Shown here: piece by piece, positions 29,689 through 40,085 of the stretch
Position numbering within the stretch: the stretch's first letter is position 1
Layout of the letters: the number at the start of each line of letters is the position of its first letter
IMG/VR virus record: IMGVR_UViG_3300028840_004776
Source of the DNA: an uncultured virus (IMG/VR IMGVR_UViG_3300028840_004776)
Taxonomy: Duplodnaviria > Heunggongvirae > Uroviricota > Caudoviricetes
DNA length: 64,000 bases
Direction: 5' to 3' (one strand)
The notes under the pieces: generated by a model
Seen by the model: only the letters and a program-made list of their open reading frames with translations
The model's database searches: none
What the model was told of the DNA's origin: nothing
Program-made: the position numbers and the translations under genes

Positions 29689-30900
29689 ATGGCTGAATAT
29701 GCTCCATTGATTTTAGGAAATCTTGGTCCAGAAGAAATTGAAGACAGTGATACCCTTAGCGGAATAAGGCTTTCCGGTAATATGGTAATGACCGGCGGAG
29801 CAACAATCACAGGATTGCCATCAATACCATCGGGAGACACAGAACCAACATCAAAATCTTACGTTGACGCGCAAGTTAATGGTTTACCACCAAAAACAGC
29901 CGTACGGCTTAAAACCGTTGCTGCGCTTCCTGCGTATACAGCAGCAGGCAGTGGGGTTGGAAAAACTTTAACAGGTGACGTTGAAGGACGGTTACAATTA
30001 GATGGCGTTGACGTTACTACCGGAGACAGAGTTTTGGTTGATTCCGAGGCCGCTAGTCATGTTGACCATGGGATTTACGATGTAACGGAACAGGGGGCTC
30101 CGACAACAACACAATGGGTGCTTACGCGAGCAACTGATTTTGACGAAAACGATGAAGTTGAAGGTGGTGACAGAGTTTGGGTTAATGAAGGATCAACAAG
30201 AGCAGATACAGCTTGGGCCGTTTCAACAAATGACGATATTACCGTAGACACAACGGCAATCGCATTCACTCAATATGGTGGTCAAGGACATTATACCGGT
30301 GGTGATGGTATTTCGATTTCAGTTGGTGGTGAAGTTGCAGTTGATCTCTCTGGAACACCGGGGCTTGAGTTTAGTGTAAATCAACTTCAAGTTCTTGTTG
30401 ATCCATCGGGTGCGTTACTTCGACAAGCAGCAGGGCTTCATGTAAATACTGATGATTCTACGATTCAAATCAATGGCTCAAATCAACTTGAAGTCATTGG
30501 GTCTGATAGGGCAAAACGACTCGAAGAAGAACTTACATGTGATGAAGATTTAGCCAATGGTGATGCTGTTGAATGGAGCTCAACAACTGCAAATAGAATC
30601 CGTGAATGTCAAGCTAGTGTTGCAGCGCGTCTTGATTGTTTTGGTGTTCTTGAAGAAGCGAGTGGAATTACCAGCGGGAATCCTGGTACTGTTGTTCGCC
30701 GAGGGATAGCAACCGGTGTTATTTCCGGTGCAACTCAAGGCGATCGTTTTTATGTTGGCGACAGCGGTGGGTTAGTAAACGGAAGAGGAAATGTTTCTGA
30801 CGGAAACCATCTTATTCTTGTTGGTACAGCAGTAAATGCGACCGATTTAGAAGTGAATCCATATTACGCAGGTAAAAAAGCTGCATCGCCGCCAACCTAG
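29689..30900 (+). CDS. virion fibre/decoration protein
   Basis: SKSYVD, DGV..TGDRVLV...GIYDV...WVLTRATDFD, V.V.EG motifs common in phage fibres; cement-like C-terminal domain. Confidence 0.78.
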   Translation: MAEYAPLILGNLGPEEIEDSDTLSGIRLSGNMVMTGGATITGLPSIPSGDTEPTSKSYVDAQVNGLPPKTAVRLKTVAALPAYTAAGSGVGKTLTGDVEGRLQLDGVDVTTGDRVLVDSEAASHVDHGIYDVTEQGAPTTTQWVLTRATDFDENDEVEGGDRVWVNEGSTRADTAWAVSTNDDITVDTTAIAFTQYGGQGHYTGGDGISISVGGEVAVDLSGTPGLEFSVNQLQVLVDPSGALLRQAAGLHVNTDDSTIQINGSNQLEVIGSDRAKRLEEELTCDEDLANGDAVEWSSTTANRIRECQASVAARLDCFGVLEEASGITSGNPGTVVRRGIATGVISGATQGDRFYVGDSGGLVNGRGNVSDGNHLILVGTAVNATDLEVNPYYAGKKAASPPT

Positions 30901-30978
30901 TCTTACATAATCCAATAATATCATTTATTTCCAATAACATACCTTTTATTTTATTCTGTAATATGCTATTCTAAAACC

Positions 30979-31296
30979 ATGAGTATTGGTGTAGATATTG
31001 TTCAAGTTTGGAAATCAACAAACGAAGAAGACGAACAAAATCCGTTTGGTGGTCCAACACCAATAAATCCGCAACAAGACGCAATTGAATCAGCAGGACA
31101 GTATTTTCAAGACGAAAATAATCGTGACAAAACAGTTTATGAATTTAGGGATGGAAAACATCTCAAATTCAAAGATCAACATGAAGAAACATCACTTAGT
31201 GATATGACTTTAAAAAGTTCAATACTTGAAAACAATGGATCCATTGTATACATCGATGATGGTGAAAAATTAACATTGGATTTACCGAGTGCATAA
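30979..31296 (+). CDS. hypothetical, probably structural protein
   Basis: ORF with TGCTATTCT 6 nt upstream of the ATG. Confidence 0.65.
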   Translation: MSIGVDIVQVWKSTNEEDEQNPFGGPTPINPQQDAIESAGQYFQDENNRDKTVYEFRDGKHLKFKDQHEETSLSDMTLKSSILENNGSIVYIDDGEKLTLDLPSA

Positions 31297-31514
31297 TGGG
31301 ACCAATGATAAATATTTATAGAAAATCATGTCAAGAAAAAATCATGAGTATGTTAAAATATGGTGATTCATTAAATTTTTCGCAAATAAAAATAAGAAGT
31401 GGTTATAGTGATACAACCATACAAAAAAATTTAAAAAAGTTACTCAAAGAAAACAAAATTAAAAGAATAAAAAAACCTGGCTATTATTTGTATAAAACAA
31501 AAAAAGAAGAATAA
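31296..31514 (+). CDS. small winged-HTH protein
   Basis: LNFSQIKIRSGYSDTTIQKNLKKLLKENKIKR...GYY. Confidence 0.65.
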   Translation: MGPMINIYRKSCQEKIMSMLKYGDSLNFSQIKIRSGYSDTTIQKNLKKLLKENKIKRIKKPGYYLYKTKKEE

Positions 31515-31518
31515 CCCC

Positions 31519-32565
31519 ATGGGATTACATAAAAATATCACGGAATCAGACAACCACATAGTGATTAGTGGAACTTTTGCCGACGAAACAGCACGTCTTG
31601 CTTTTTCTCCGGTTGCTACTGACGTGGGACGTGCGTATCAACAAACATCTCCAAACAATGATATTTATGTTTTGCTTAATCATTCACCGACAACATGGAG
31701 TGGAGCACTTGGAACCGGAAGTGGTGAGACAAATCTCGCTGCAAATGTTGGAACCGGACAAGGTGAAATTTTTCGTGATAAAACCGGGGTTACATTAAAT
31801 TTCAAAAAACTTGTTCAGGGTTCAAATGTTACAATAACGAACGGAACCGATACAATAACGATTGCATCAACTGGGGGTGGTGGATCTGCTGATTTATTGG
31901 AATATATTATTTGTGAACATTTTGCGTCCGGAAATATGGATCTTGACGAAATAGGAAAGTATGGATGGCGTACGTTTACGAGTGGGACAGGAACAGCAGC
32001 ATTTTTGACATCAGAAGCAGGTCATCCAGGTGTTATCGAATTACAAGCAGGGACAGGCTCAGCAACCGTATCAGCAATTTATATCGGAGACACAACGCAT
32101 CCATGGATCAAAATAGGTGGAACAAATCAAATTGAATTTGAAGCATTGATTAAAGTCACCGGTAGCATACAATCTTCAGACCTAGAAATGGTTCTTGCTG
32201 GGTTATCAGATAATTTCACAACAGATGGAAAACCGGATGATGGAATTTATGTTCTATTTGATGCAAATACTGGTACATTTGCAATCGAATCCGCAAATAA
32301 CGGAACAAGAACAACCCAACAAGGAACAACATCATTTGGTTTGAACAATTGGTATCGCGTTGGATTTGTAATCAGTGATCCAAGTGGAACACCAAGTATT
32401 CAATTGAAGATCAATGGTTCAAATGAAGGATCACCAATCACGACGAATATTCCAACAACGGGCCTTGGTATAGGTGTAAAAGCTGATTCAGCCGGTGGAT
32501 CTGTTGAACCGGTTGCATTTGTTGATTACATAACATTAAAACAGATTTCTGATAAAGAAGATTAA
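31519..32565 (+). CDS. virion structural protein with lectin-like beta-sandwich C-terminus
   Basis: NVGTG.GEIF..KTGVTLNFKKL..GSNVTIT linker; G/T/S-rich; WYRV...INGS motif. Confidence 0.65.
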   Translation: MGLHKNITESDNHIVISGTFADETARLAFSPVATDVGRAYQQTSPNNDIYVLLNHSPTTWSGALGTGSGETNLAANVGTGQGEIFRDKTGVTLNFKKLVQGSNVTITNGTDTITIASTGGGGSADLLEYIICEHFASGNMDLDEIGKYGWRTFTSGTGTAAFLTSEAGHPGVIELQAGTGSATVSAIYIGDTTHPWIKIGGTNQIEFEALIKVTGSIQSSDLEMVLAGLSDNFTTDGKPDDGIYVLFDANTGTFAIESANNGTRTTQQGTTSFGLNNWYRVGFVISDPSGTPSIQLKINGSNEGSPITTNIPTTGLGIGVKADSAGGSVEPVAFVDYITLKQISDKED

Positions 32566-32587
32566 TAAAAAAAAAGGAGAAATAACA

Positions 32588-33202
32588 ATGGCACCAAGAG
32601 TTTACAACAAACCAGTAAAAAGAAAAAATTTTATTACGAGTGCAGCATTTGAAGGCCCAGATAATGATCTTGAATTAAAAGTAAATTATCTTGATCAATT
32701 CGGAACACCACGGCAATTTTCATTCCCATGTGAGGGCGATAATCCTGGATTGATTTGTCTTCCAACATCTATAGATATTACAGATGTTGATAGACTTCCA
32801 CGTGATCTTCTTGTGGCGCATATTCGCATGGCCGCAATGATTGCAAACGCAACACCTGGCTCGCAAGAGTTTGACGATGCAATGGTTTATCAAAACGGTG
32901 GTCGAGATTTTCAAATGGCAATCTCGACAAAAGTTCAAGTAACAAATGTTGCTCTTTATGACGAAGATGAATATGTTACTGTTACATTGAGGGAAGGTAC
33001 TTCTGGACCAACACGTGATGTAAACATTGCGCACAATGAATTCAATTATCAATTTGTTCCAGAAACACAATTATACGTTATTGCCGGAGCAATACGATCT
33101 GAATACACATATGTTCATGATTATTATGAAAATGATACATTAACTTCATCACAAAAATCTGATATTGTATCTTTTGTAACAGGAAATGATTTCTGGATTT
33201 GA
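32588..33202 (+). CDS. hypothetical structural protein
   Basis: AAGGAG RBS, within the structural operon. Confidence 0.7.
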   Translation: MAPRVYNKPVKRKNFITSAAFEGPDNDLELKVNYLDQFGTPRQFSFPCEGDNPGLICLPTSIDITDVDRLPRDLLVAHIRMAAMIANATPGSQEFDDAMVYQNGGRDFQMAISTKVQVTNVALYDEDEYVTVTLREGTSGPTRDVNIAHNEFNYQFVPETQLYVIAGAIRSEYTYVHDYYENDTLTSSQKSDIVSFVTGNDFWI

Positions 33203-33205
33203 TAA

Positions 33206-33673
33206 ATGCTTAATCAGCAACAAATATCAAAGGATGATTTGAATTCATTACGCAATGATATCTCAAAAGTTGTTGATGAATTTAATGAAATAAAAACAAC
33301 AATAGCACAGCAACAAGTAAAACTTGGATTCCTTGGAAAATCAATTGAAAAATTTGATAAAGAATTCAAGGATACATTTGATAGGTTTGAACAAAAAACA
33401 AATGAATATCATACAAAATTAGAGGAGCACAACAAACTAATAATAACTCAAAATATAGAATTATCTGCAATAACTAAATCCAAAAAACTATTTATAACTA
33501 TTTGTGTTATAGTATTAACATCATTAATTGGTTTTGTTGGTCACACACAGATATCCGGACCAACAACCGATACAAAAGAAAGCGAAGAATCTGTTCAGTT
33601 ACAAAAAACGAAATTAGTCAAAGAAATGGTTATAAATATTCTTAAAGAAATTAATAAAAATGGCATCCGGTGA
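33206..33673 (+). CDS. coiled-coil protein with single TM helix (holin/XhlA-like candidate)
   Basis: Long heptad region then LFITICVIVLTSLIGFVG. Confidence 0.45.
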   Translation: MLNQQQISKDDLNSLRNDISKVVDEFNEIKTTIAQQQVKLGFLGKSIEKFDKEFKDTFDRFEQKTNEYHTKLEEHNKLIITQNIELSAITKSKKLFITICVIVLTSLIGFVGHTQISGPTTDTKESEESVQLQKTKLVKEMVINILKEINKNGIR

Positions 33674-33884
33674 TGAAAAAAAAGAGATTCCAATTGGTGA
33701 AATCAATGGAATTAATTCAACTTTTTTTACATCATTACCGTATGAATCAGATTCATTGTATGTATTTGTTGGTGGTATTATTTATGGAAAATCATTTGTT
33801 GTAGAAATATCATCAACAGAGTTTCAAACAACAACCCCACCTCGGTCAAAAGAAGATTTGACTGTTAGATACATCGAGCAATAA
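33660..33884 (+). CDS. small structural protein
   Basis: PIGEINGINSTF motif shared with the next gene. Confidence 0.65.
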   Translation: MASGDEKKEIPIGEINGINSTFFTSLPYESDSLYVFVGGIIYGKSFVVEISSTEFQTTTPPRSKEDLTVRYIEQ

Positions 33885-33888
33885 TCCC

Positions 33889-34350
33889 ATGGGAGACCCA
33901 AAAATAACGCCGGCAATCGGAACAATTAATGGTGTAAATAAAATATTTCAAACTCCAATTCAGTATATCCCAGGTACTGTTTGGGCATATCTTGATGGTG
34001 TCATTGTTGATCGAGATGATTCGGTTGATGGATTGATTGAAAATTCTGATCGATTAACAATAGAAATGCGTACCGCTCCGCGTGAAAATTCTGGTTTGAT
34101 GTTTTGGTTCAATACTACTGTTGTTGTTTTTCCGGGGCTTGGAAAACCACCGAGATTATTATCTTCTATCAATATTGCACCGGACGGATTATCGGTAGAA
34201 AACATCACACCGGATGGATATAATGCTGAACGCACTGATAGTGATCCGACAACACAAACCCCATGGGGTATGCGAGCAATCAATGATACACCACAATCTA
34301 ATAAGGTACTAAATTTGGTTCCGAAACCAATCAATGCGGAGGAAATATAA
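33889..34350 (+). CDS. structural protein, paralogous N-domain to the previous gene
   Basis: IGTINGVNKIFQT motif. Confidence 0.65.
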   Translation: MGDPKITPAIGTINGVNKIFQTPIQYIPGTVWAYLDGVIVDRDDSVDGLIENSDRLTIEMRTAPRENSGLMFWFNTTVVVFPGLGKPPRLLSSINIAPDGLSVENITPDGYNAERTDSDPTTQTPWGMRAINDTPQSNKVLNLVPKPINAEEI

Positions 34351-35414
34351 TGGCTACAATTAGATTAGAAATAGCCGCTGAAAATATTAATGAAGTAATG
34401 GAGACTTTTGACCAAATAAAAGTTTATAGATCAACAACTGGCATTGACGGAACCTATTCAGAGATAACAGATGCGTTAACACGAATTGATTTAGTTGCTG
34501 ATCAAATAATTTATGATTATACTGACACTGCTGGAGAAACTACTTATTATTATAGGTTTTCATACTTTCATAGTACAAATCTTACAGAAAGTGCTCAAAG
34601 TGATCCAATAGCTGGTGAAGGGATTCAAGGGCTTTATTGTACAATTCAATCAATCCGTGATGAAGGTGTTCCGGTATCAAAGATCACGGATGATGATTTA
34701 ATAGATAAAATATCTCTTGCTTCACGGGTTATTGAAAAAATTACAAGACAATTTTTTGATCCGAGAACTTTATCCATCAATCTTGATGGCGATGGAACAA
34801 GTATTCTTCGTTTAAATCATCCAATTATAAAAATAACATCAATGGGAATTATAATAAAGCGATCACCATATACAGAAACGACAATTCCTATTAGTGAATT
34901 AGTTATTAGAAATAGACACCTTGTTTCTGGTATATTATCTCCGGATGATAGAGATACACCAGCAATAGAATATCAGAGTGATATAGATGAATTACATTTG
35001 CTTTCAGCGGCAACTTGGGCAAATCTTTCAGGTGACGCATATATGTTCCCGGTTGGTCGTCAAAATATTCGTGTTGATGGCGTATTTGGGTGGACAGAAA
35101 TTGGTACAAATGATACAGTCGGTGAAACAGAACAAGGTTCGCAAATCCCAGTTTCATTTGGAACAACGCCATTGGAAATACAAAAACTTTGTAAGCTTTT
35201 GGTAATGAATGAAATAGAACCAATGTGGTCTGGGTTGGCCGCTAGGAATTCACGGCAAAATATAAATAGAATCAAAAGTGAAAAAACAAAAACACAATCT
35301 TACACATTGGATTCATTAGCAAGCTCTGGAACACAAGGAGCTTGGACTGGGAATCCTGAAATTGATTCTATTTTAGCTCGATACATTTCTGTCGAGTGGG
35401 CATCGGCGGTATAA
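34350..35414 (+). CDS. head-tail connector/adaptor
   Basis: YCTIQ.IR.EG...I..ASR.IE..T...F, P.EIQ..C..LV, EID.IL.RY. Confidence 0.72.
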   Translation: MATIRLEIAAENINEVMETFDQIKVYRSTTGIDGTYSEITDALTRIDLVADQIIYDYTDTAGETTYYYRFSYFHSTNLTESAQSDPIAGEGIQGLYCTIQSIRDEGVPVSKITDDDLIDKISLASRVIEKITRQFFDPRTLSINLDGDGTSILRLNHPIIKITSMGIIIKRSPYTETTIPISELVIRNRHLVSGILSPDDRDTPAIEYQSDIDELHLLSAATWANLSGDAYMFPVGRQNIRVDGVFGWTEIGTNDTVGETEQGSQIPVSFGTTPLEIQKLCKLLVMNEIEPMWSGLAARNSRQNINRIKSEKTKTQSYTLDSLASSGTQGAWTGNPEIDSILARYISVEWASAV

Positions 35415-35417
35415 TTC

Positions 35418-35915
35418 ATGCGTGGAAGATTGATACAAATTTTTTATGCAGAAATCATGAGATTAGATTCATCCGCAATTGATTCTAATAATGAATATGA
35501 TGATGTTTTTCGACAAATTATTCCGACTGATTCCAATGGTGATGGTATTGGAACACCGGTTCGTCGCGAAATGGCAGCAATAAAAATTCCATGTCAAATT
35601 GATCAAGGAATAATGGATCAAATACAAAAAAATGAACTTGGAATTAATTTAAATGCTGATATAGAATTGACTTTTCATTACGAAGATTTGGAAAATTTAG
35701 ACTTATTAGATCCAAATACAAACCGCGCATTAATTGATGTTGGTGATAGATTAAATTCAATTTATGATATTAATGATAATCTTGTTTGGCAGATAAAAAC
35801 ACCTCCTGGTTTGTACATTACAGAAGCAAAAGATGAAGGGTTTGGAATATTTATGGTGCAGCCAACACGAAATTTATTAACAGTAAGGCTTGGAGAAAAA
35901 CCTGTCATTGGATAA
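35418..35915 (+). CDS. putative head closure protein
   Basis: Position after the adaptor; YDDVFR motif. Confidence 0.55.
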   Translation: MRGRLIQIFYAEIMRLDSSAIDSNNEYDDVFRQIIPTDSNGDGIGTPVRREMAAIKIPCQIDQGIMDQIQKNELGINLNADIELTFHYEDLENLDLLDPNTNRALIDVGDRLNSIYDINDNLVWQIKTPPGLYITEAKDEGFGIFMVQPTRNLLTVRLGEKPVIG

Positions 35916-35920
35916 GTTGA

Positions 35921-36847
35921 ATGAATGATTTACCAAAATACATAAGATATCAAAATACGCCACCATTGATTACTTATTATGGTGGAAAACAAAGAATAGC
36001 TTCTTGGATTTGTGAGTATATTCCAAAACATACAGTTTATGTTGAGCCATTTGCTGGAAGTGCTGCCGTATTTTTTAAAAAACAATATCCAAAAATTAAT
36101 AATACTGATTATTATCGCGAAGTATTAAATGATACAAATGAAGTGTTGATTACATTATACAGAGTTGCTTCTGATCCAATGCTTCAAAATGAATTTATTA
36201 ATAGACTTGATTATATTCCTTTTTCACAAAAAATTCATGATAAATCAAAAGAATTGAATAAATCTGGATATCCAAATTGTTCTGATTTAGACATTGCTGT
36301 TTGGTTTTATATTAATATCAATCAATCATTTGGTCATGAACAACATGGTGGCTGGTCATTTGGTAAATATGGATCAAATAATGCTAGAGTATTTCATAAT
36401 AAAATAAAAAATTTACCAAAAATTATTGATAGACTAAATGGGGTTTATATTGATTGCAATGATGCAATTGATGTAATAAACAGATGGGATTCGCCTCAAA
36501 CTTTTTTTTATTGTGATCCTCCTTATATCGATACTGATCAAGGTCATTATTCTGGATATACAATAGAACAGTTTCAAGAATTAATTAATACTTTAGATAA
36601 TATACAAGGATCTTTTTTATTATCTCATTATAAAAATCATAGATGTAGTATACCAGAAACATGGGAAAAATTTTCAAAAAATTCACGTATTAGTATTCGC
36701 AATAATCAAGTTGCGAAAAACAAAAAAAGAACAGAAGTTCTTTATAGAAAACTTGCATCAACAAAACCAAATAAAATAATACAACAATTATATAGCGTTG
36801 GTGCTTTTGATTGTTTTCTGGCACCTGGATGGAAACCAGGAATATAA
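35921..36847 (+). CDS. Dam-like (alpha class, D12) N6-adenine methyltransferase, orphan
   Basis: YYGGKQ, YVEPFAGSA, EVLND, FFYCDPPY. Confidence 0.92.
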   Translation: MNDLPKYIRYQNTPPLITYYGGKQRIASWICEYIPKHTVYVEPFAGSAAVFFKKQYPKINNTDYYREVLNDTNEVLITLYRVASDPMLQNEFINRLDYIPFSQKIHDKSKELNKSGYPNCSDLDIAVWFYININQSFGHEQHGGWSFGKYGSNNARVFHNKIKNLPKIIDRLNGVYIDCNDAIDVINRWDSPQTFFYCDPPYIDTDQGHYSGYTIEQFQELINTLDNIQGSFLLSHYKNHRCSIPETWEKFSKNSRISIRNNQVAKNKKRTEVLYRKLASTKPNKIIQQLYSVGAFDCFLAPGWKPGI

Positions 36848-36870
36848 TAAAAATATACAAAGGATAAAAA

Positions 36871-37155
36871 ATGAGTAGTTTGGTTGTAAATGGTTTAATA
36901 AACAAAACTTCCAAGGAATTACGTCCTAAATTTTTAAGCGAATGCAATAACGGTGTTTATGTAACTCCTGGTACTAATGTTTATTGGATAGTGCATGAGT
37001 TTATTGTGTTTTGTGTGAAACATGCTGGTGTTAATATTTGTGCTGTTAGTATTTATCTTCGTCATATTAATGGTGCTATAAATCCTGAACTTTCTAACAA
37101 AGAAGTTATTTGCTCGGACAGAGAAATTACTATAAGTTTTAGAAACAATTATTAA
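36871..37155 (+). CDS. hypothetical protein
   Basis: AAGGA RBS. Confidence 0.55.
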   Translation: MSSLVVNGLINKTSKELRPKFLSECNNGVYVTPGTNVYWIVHEFIVFCVKHAGVNICAVSIYLRHINGAINPELSNKEVICSDREITISFRNNY

Positions 37156-37167
37156 AGGAACAAAAAA

Positions 37168-38070
37168 ATGAATAAAAAAGATGAAGAAGTACTTACAATT
37201 CCAAACAATGTTGTAAATTTTTTTTATATTAAAAAGGGAGTATTTTACGAAGATATTTCATTTAATTTTTTGTGTGATATAATACATAAATATAAACTAT
37301 GGTTTTCTAGGAATTTTATCGAAACAAATAATAACTTTAAACAAATAATTCCATATGTTATAGTAACATACGAGGATTTGATTCTTTTAATTCATAGAAC
37401 AAAAAAGCAAACTGAAAAACGATTACATGATTTATTATCGCTTGGTATCGGTGGTCATATAAATAAAACAGATGCAATTTCTTTTGATACAAAAAATACA
37501 ATAATAAAAGGAATGAATAGAGAATTAAATGAAGAAATTATTATCAATCAACACCAAATAAAAGAACCAAAATTTTGTGGCATCATAAATGATTTATCCA
37601 ATGATGTTGGTAGAGTTCATTTGGGGTTACTTTTTCATTTAGAACTTGAACATGACAATGTTGTTGTTAATGAAAAAGATAATATGAAAATTAAATGGTG
37701 TAAAATAAGTGATATTTTATTAAATTATGATAAAATGGAAAATTGGTCAAAGATTGTTTGTAATACATATTTAAAAGATAGAATAAACAAAGAAAAAAAT
37801 AATAAGGTTGGTGTAAAAAAAATGAATGAAAAAGAATACATAGAAGAAAATTACTTAGATGAAACAGATGAAATTTATATATATTTACTAACATATATAA
37901 AAGAAAATTTTACACATGATAATTGGCAAGATGCTTTTGGTGTTATTCATTGTGCTTTTGAAGATCTAAAAGAAAATCAAGAAGAATTGAATAACTTTTT
38001 TAAATGGAAAAAATTAAAAAAGAAAGACAAGGTCAAATCACCAGGTGTATTGGTAAGGGAAAATTTATAA
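37168..38070 (+). CDS. NUDIX-family phosphoesterase with C-terminal extension
   Basis: KQIIPY, EKRLH..LSLGIGGHIN, RELNEE, VGRVHLG, MENWS. Confidence 0.82.
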   Translation: MNKKDEEVLTIPNNVVNFFYIKKGVFYEDISFNFLCDIIHKYKLWFSRNFIETNNNFKQIIPYVIVTYEDLILLIHRTKKQTEKRLHDLLSLGIGGHINKTDAISFDTKNTIIKGMNRELNEEIIINQHQIKEPKFCGIINDLSNDVGRVHLGLLFHLELEHDNVVVNEKDNMKIKWCKISDILLNYDKMENWSKIVCNTYLKDRINKEKNNKVGVKKMNEKEYIEENYLDETDEIYIYLLTYIKENFTHDNWQDAFGVIHCAFEDLKENQEELNNFFKWKKLKKKDKVKSPGVLVRENL

Positions 38071-38113
38071 GTTGACAAATCAACCCAAAATGTACACATT
38101 GGTTGCATAATAA

Positions 38114-38725
38114 ATGACTGCAAGCATAAAAATGACAGGTGACTGGCTAAGGGTAGATGGAATTTTTCGTAGATTAGCCAATAAACAAATAATTCAAAAT
38201 GCATCCGGAAAAGCATTTGAAAAAGAAGCGCATAGAATACGAAAATTAATGATTGAAGCATTCAATAAAGGTGGTCCTCCTGGTGTAAGGTGGAAGCGAC
38301 TATCAGTATTTACACAATTAGTGAATAGAGCACTGGGAAAGGGTGATCGAAAACCGTTGCTTGATACCGGATCATTACGAAACTCCGTGTCAGTAACACG
38401 TGAAAATGATACAGATGTTTTTGTTGGTATACATCGTAACGAACCAGTAAAAGGTGATAGTAAATTACCACCAGCAAGCATTGCTGCAATACATGAATAT
38501 GGACACGGACCAATTTCTGTAAAAGTTACTTCTGAAATGAGAAAATTTTTTATGTTTTTACATATAAAAACCGGTGGACAAATACGACCATTAAAGGGTT
38601 CAACACGTGTAATTGTTACAAAAGGAATTCCACAAAGACCTTTTGCTGGTCCCATTTTGGAAGCAGAAAAAGATGCAATTTTTCAGAATATTTATAATAA
38701 TTTCATGTCAAATGTGCTAGGATAA
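38114..38725 (+). CDS. virion morphogenesis/neck protein
   Basis: WKRLS...KPLLDTGSLRNSV, AAIHEYG, IPQRPF. Confidence 0.8.
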   Translation: MTASIKMTGDWLRVDGIFRRLANKQIIQNASGKAFEKEAHRIRKLMIEAFNKGGPPGVRWKRLSVFTQLVNRALGKGDRKPLLDTGSLRNSVSVTRENDTDVFVGIHRNEPVKGDSKLPPASIAAIHEYGHGPISVKVTSEMRKFFMFLHIKTGGQIRPLKGSTRVIVTKGIPQRPFAGPILEAEKDAIFQNIYNNFMSNVLG

Positions 38726-38729
38726 TAAT

Positions 38730-39698
38730 GTGACAGCACCGAGTTTTACATCTATAACACCATCATCCGGACATACATCCGGTAGGTATCTAGTCAAAAT
38801 TATTGGAAATGATTTCCAATTACCAGAAGATCCACCGGCAACTGGATATGTTGGCGGAACATGGGAACCGTCCATGGAAATTGAAATAAATGGACGGCAA
38901 GTCGCTGATATAATGGTGTGGTCAACAACAGAACTAACATGTACAGTACCAGAATTTAGAGGAGATCCGTCAACAATAGAATCTGGAATAAATGTTGATA
39001 TTGTTTTAAGAAATTTAGGACCACCCGAAGAAGAAATAACGATAACAGATGGTTTTCAGTATCAACGCAATTCAATGGCGCGTACAAACGGAACATTAGC
39101 AAATTTAATTAGAGAATTATTGATGACAATGCGCCGACAAGTCATTAATAATATCGCGTCAAATACTGGACTAGATTATGACAGTGATGTAGTAACAGGC
39201 TTGGGTGTTGTCGAATTAGCAGAGTTACCAGGAATAGCAATTTTTGGCCCTCAACTAATTGAAGATACAAAATACAAATCAAGAACAGTTTCTAAGAAAA
39301 GTGAAAGCGATACTGATATTTTGGAATTCACAAAACATATCGCACCAAAGGTTTATAATGTAATTTTTTCTGGCGAAATAACCGTTGGATATGGTGATCA
39401 ATTTTCAATACTAAATTTAATGCAAGAAATTGTGATCTTTTTTAAGAATAACAAGTATATAGTTATTCCAGAAGATACAGAAAATCCCATGGGGGATCTT
39501 GTTCGGTACGATCTTATTTTAAATTCACCACCAAATAGAAGAAGAAATGAAAATACAGATGATATAATGATGGCTGAGTTTCAATTCAGTATTGCATCTG
39601 TTCCTATTGGGGATGATGAAATTGTTGTTTCTAATTGGGGAACAATGACTGATGATCCTCCAGACATAACAATTGATACATATAAGGAATCATTCTAA
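38730..39698 (+). CDS. IPT/TIG-domain protein, probable tail terminator
   Basis: PSFTSITPSSG.TSG...V.I.G.DF ... ELTCTVP; located before the sheath gene. Confidence 0.65.
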   Translation: MTAPSFTSITPSSGHTSGRYLVKIIGNDFQLPEDPPATGYVGGTWEPSMEIEINGRQVADIMVWSTTELTCTVPEFRGDPSTIESGINVDIVLRNLGPPEEEITITDGFQYQRNSMARTNGTLANLIRELLMTMRRQVINNIASNTGLDYDSDVVTGLGVVELAELPGIAIFGPQLIEDTKYKSRTVSKKSESDTDILEFTKHIAPKVYNVIFSGEITVGYGDQFSILNLMQEIVIFFKNNKYIVIPEDTENPMGDLVRYDLILNSPPNRRRNENTDDIMMAEFQFSIASVPIGDDEIVVSNWGTMTDDPPDITIDTYKESF

Positions 39699-40013
39699 AT
39701 GATACGATTAAAAGGAATTGGTAGAGATAGAAGAGTACAAAATTTTGAGTTAATACATGAAGAATTTTGTATCAATAGCAATAAATGTGTTTGTATAAAG
39801 AAAAAATTCAAAAAATCAGAAGTATTAAAAGATAGATCTGGAAAAAAAACAATAAAAATAATCGATAGAAGATACCCAAAAACAATATCGGTTTTTTGGG
39901 GAAGAAAAACTGGAAAATTATCAGACGCTGTATTAAAAGTTGTTTTAATACAAAAAGCCATAAAAAATAAAACAATTATGGTTGTTTCTGATAACAAAAA
40001 TAAAAAAAGGTAA
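39699..40013 (+). CDS. small basic protein preceding the sheath gene
   Basis: ORF in operon; H..FC....C.C motif. Confidence 0.6.
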   Translation: MIRLKGIGRDRRVQNFELIHEEFCINSNKCVCIKKKFKKSEVLKDRSGKKTIKIIDRRYPKTISVFWGRKTGKLSDAVLKVVLIQKAIKNKTIMVVSDNKNKKR

Positions 40014-40085
40014 TGTTATTTACTTTTTTTAATAAAATGACCGAGATATGTCCATGTATCAAGTTTTGAATAAGGAATTTTTTAA

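Noticed and set aside
38072..38111. TTGACA promoter before the neck gene
   Set aside because: Perfect -35 but no convincing -10 at 16-18 bp spacing.
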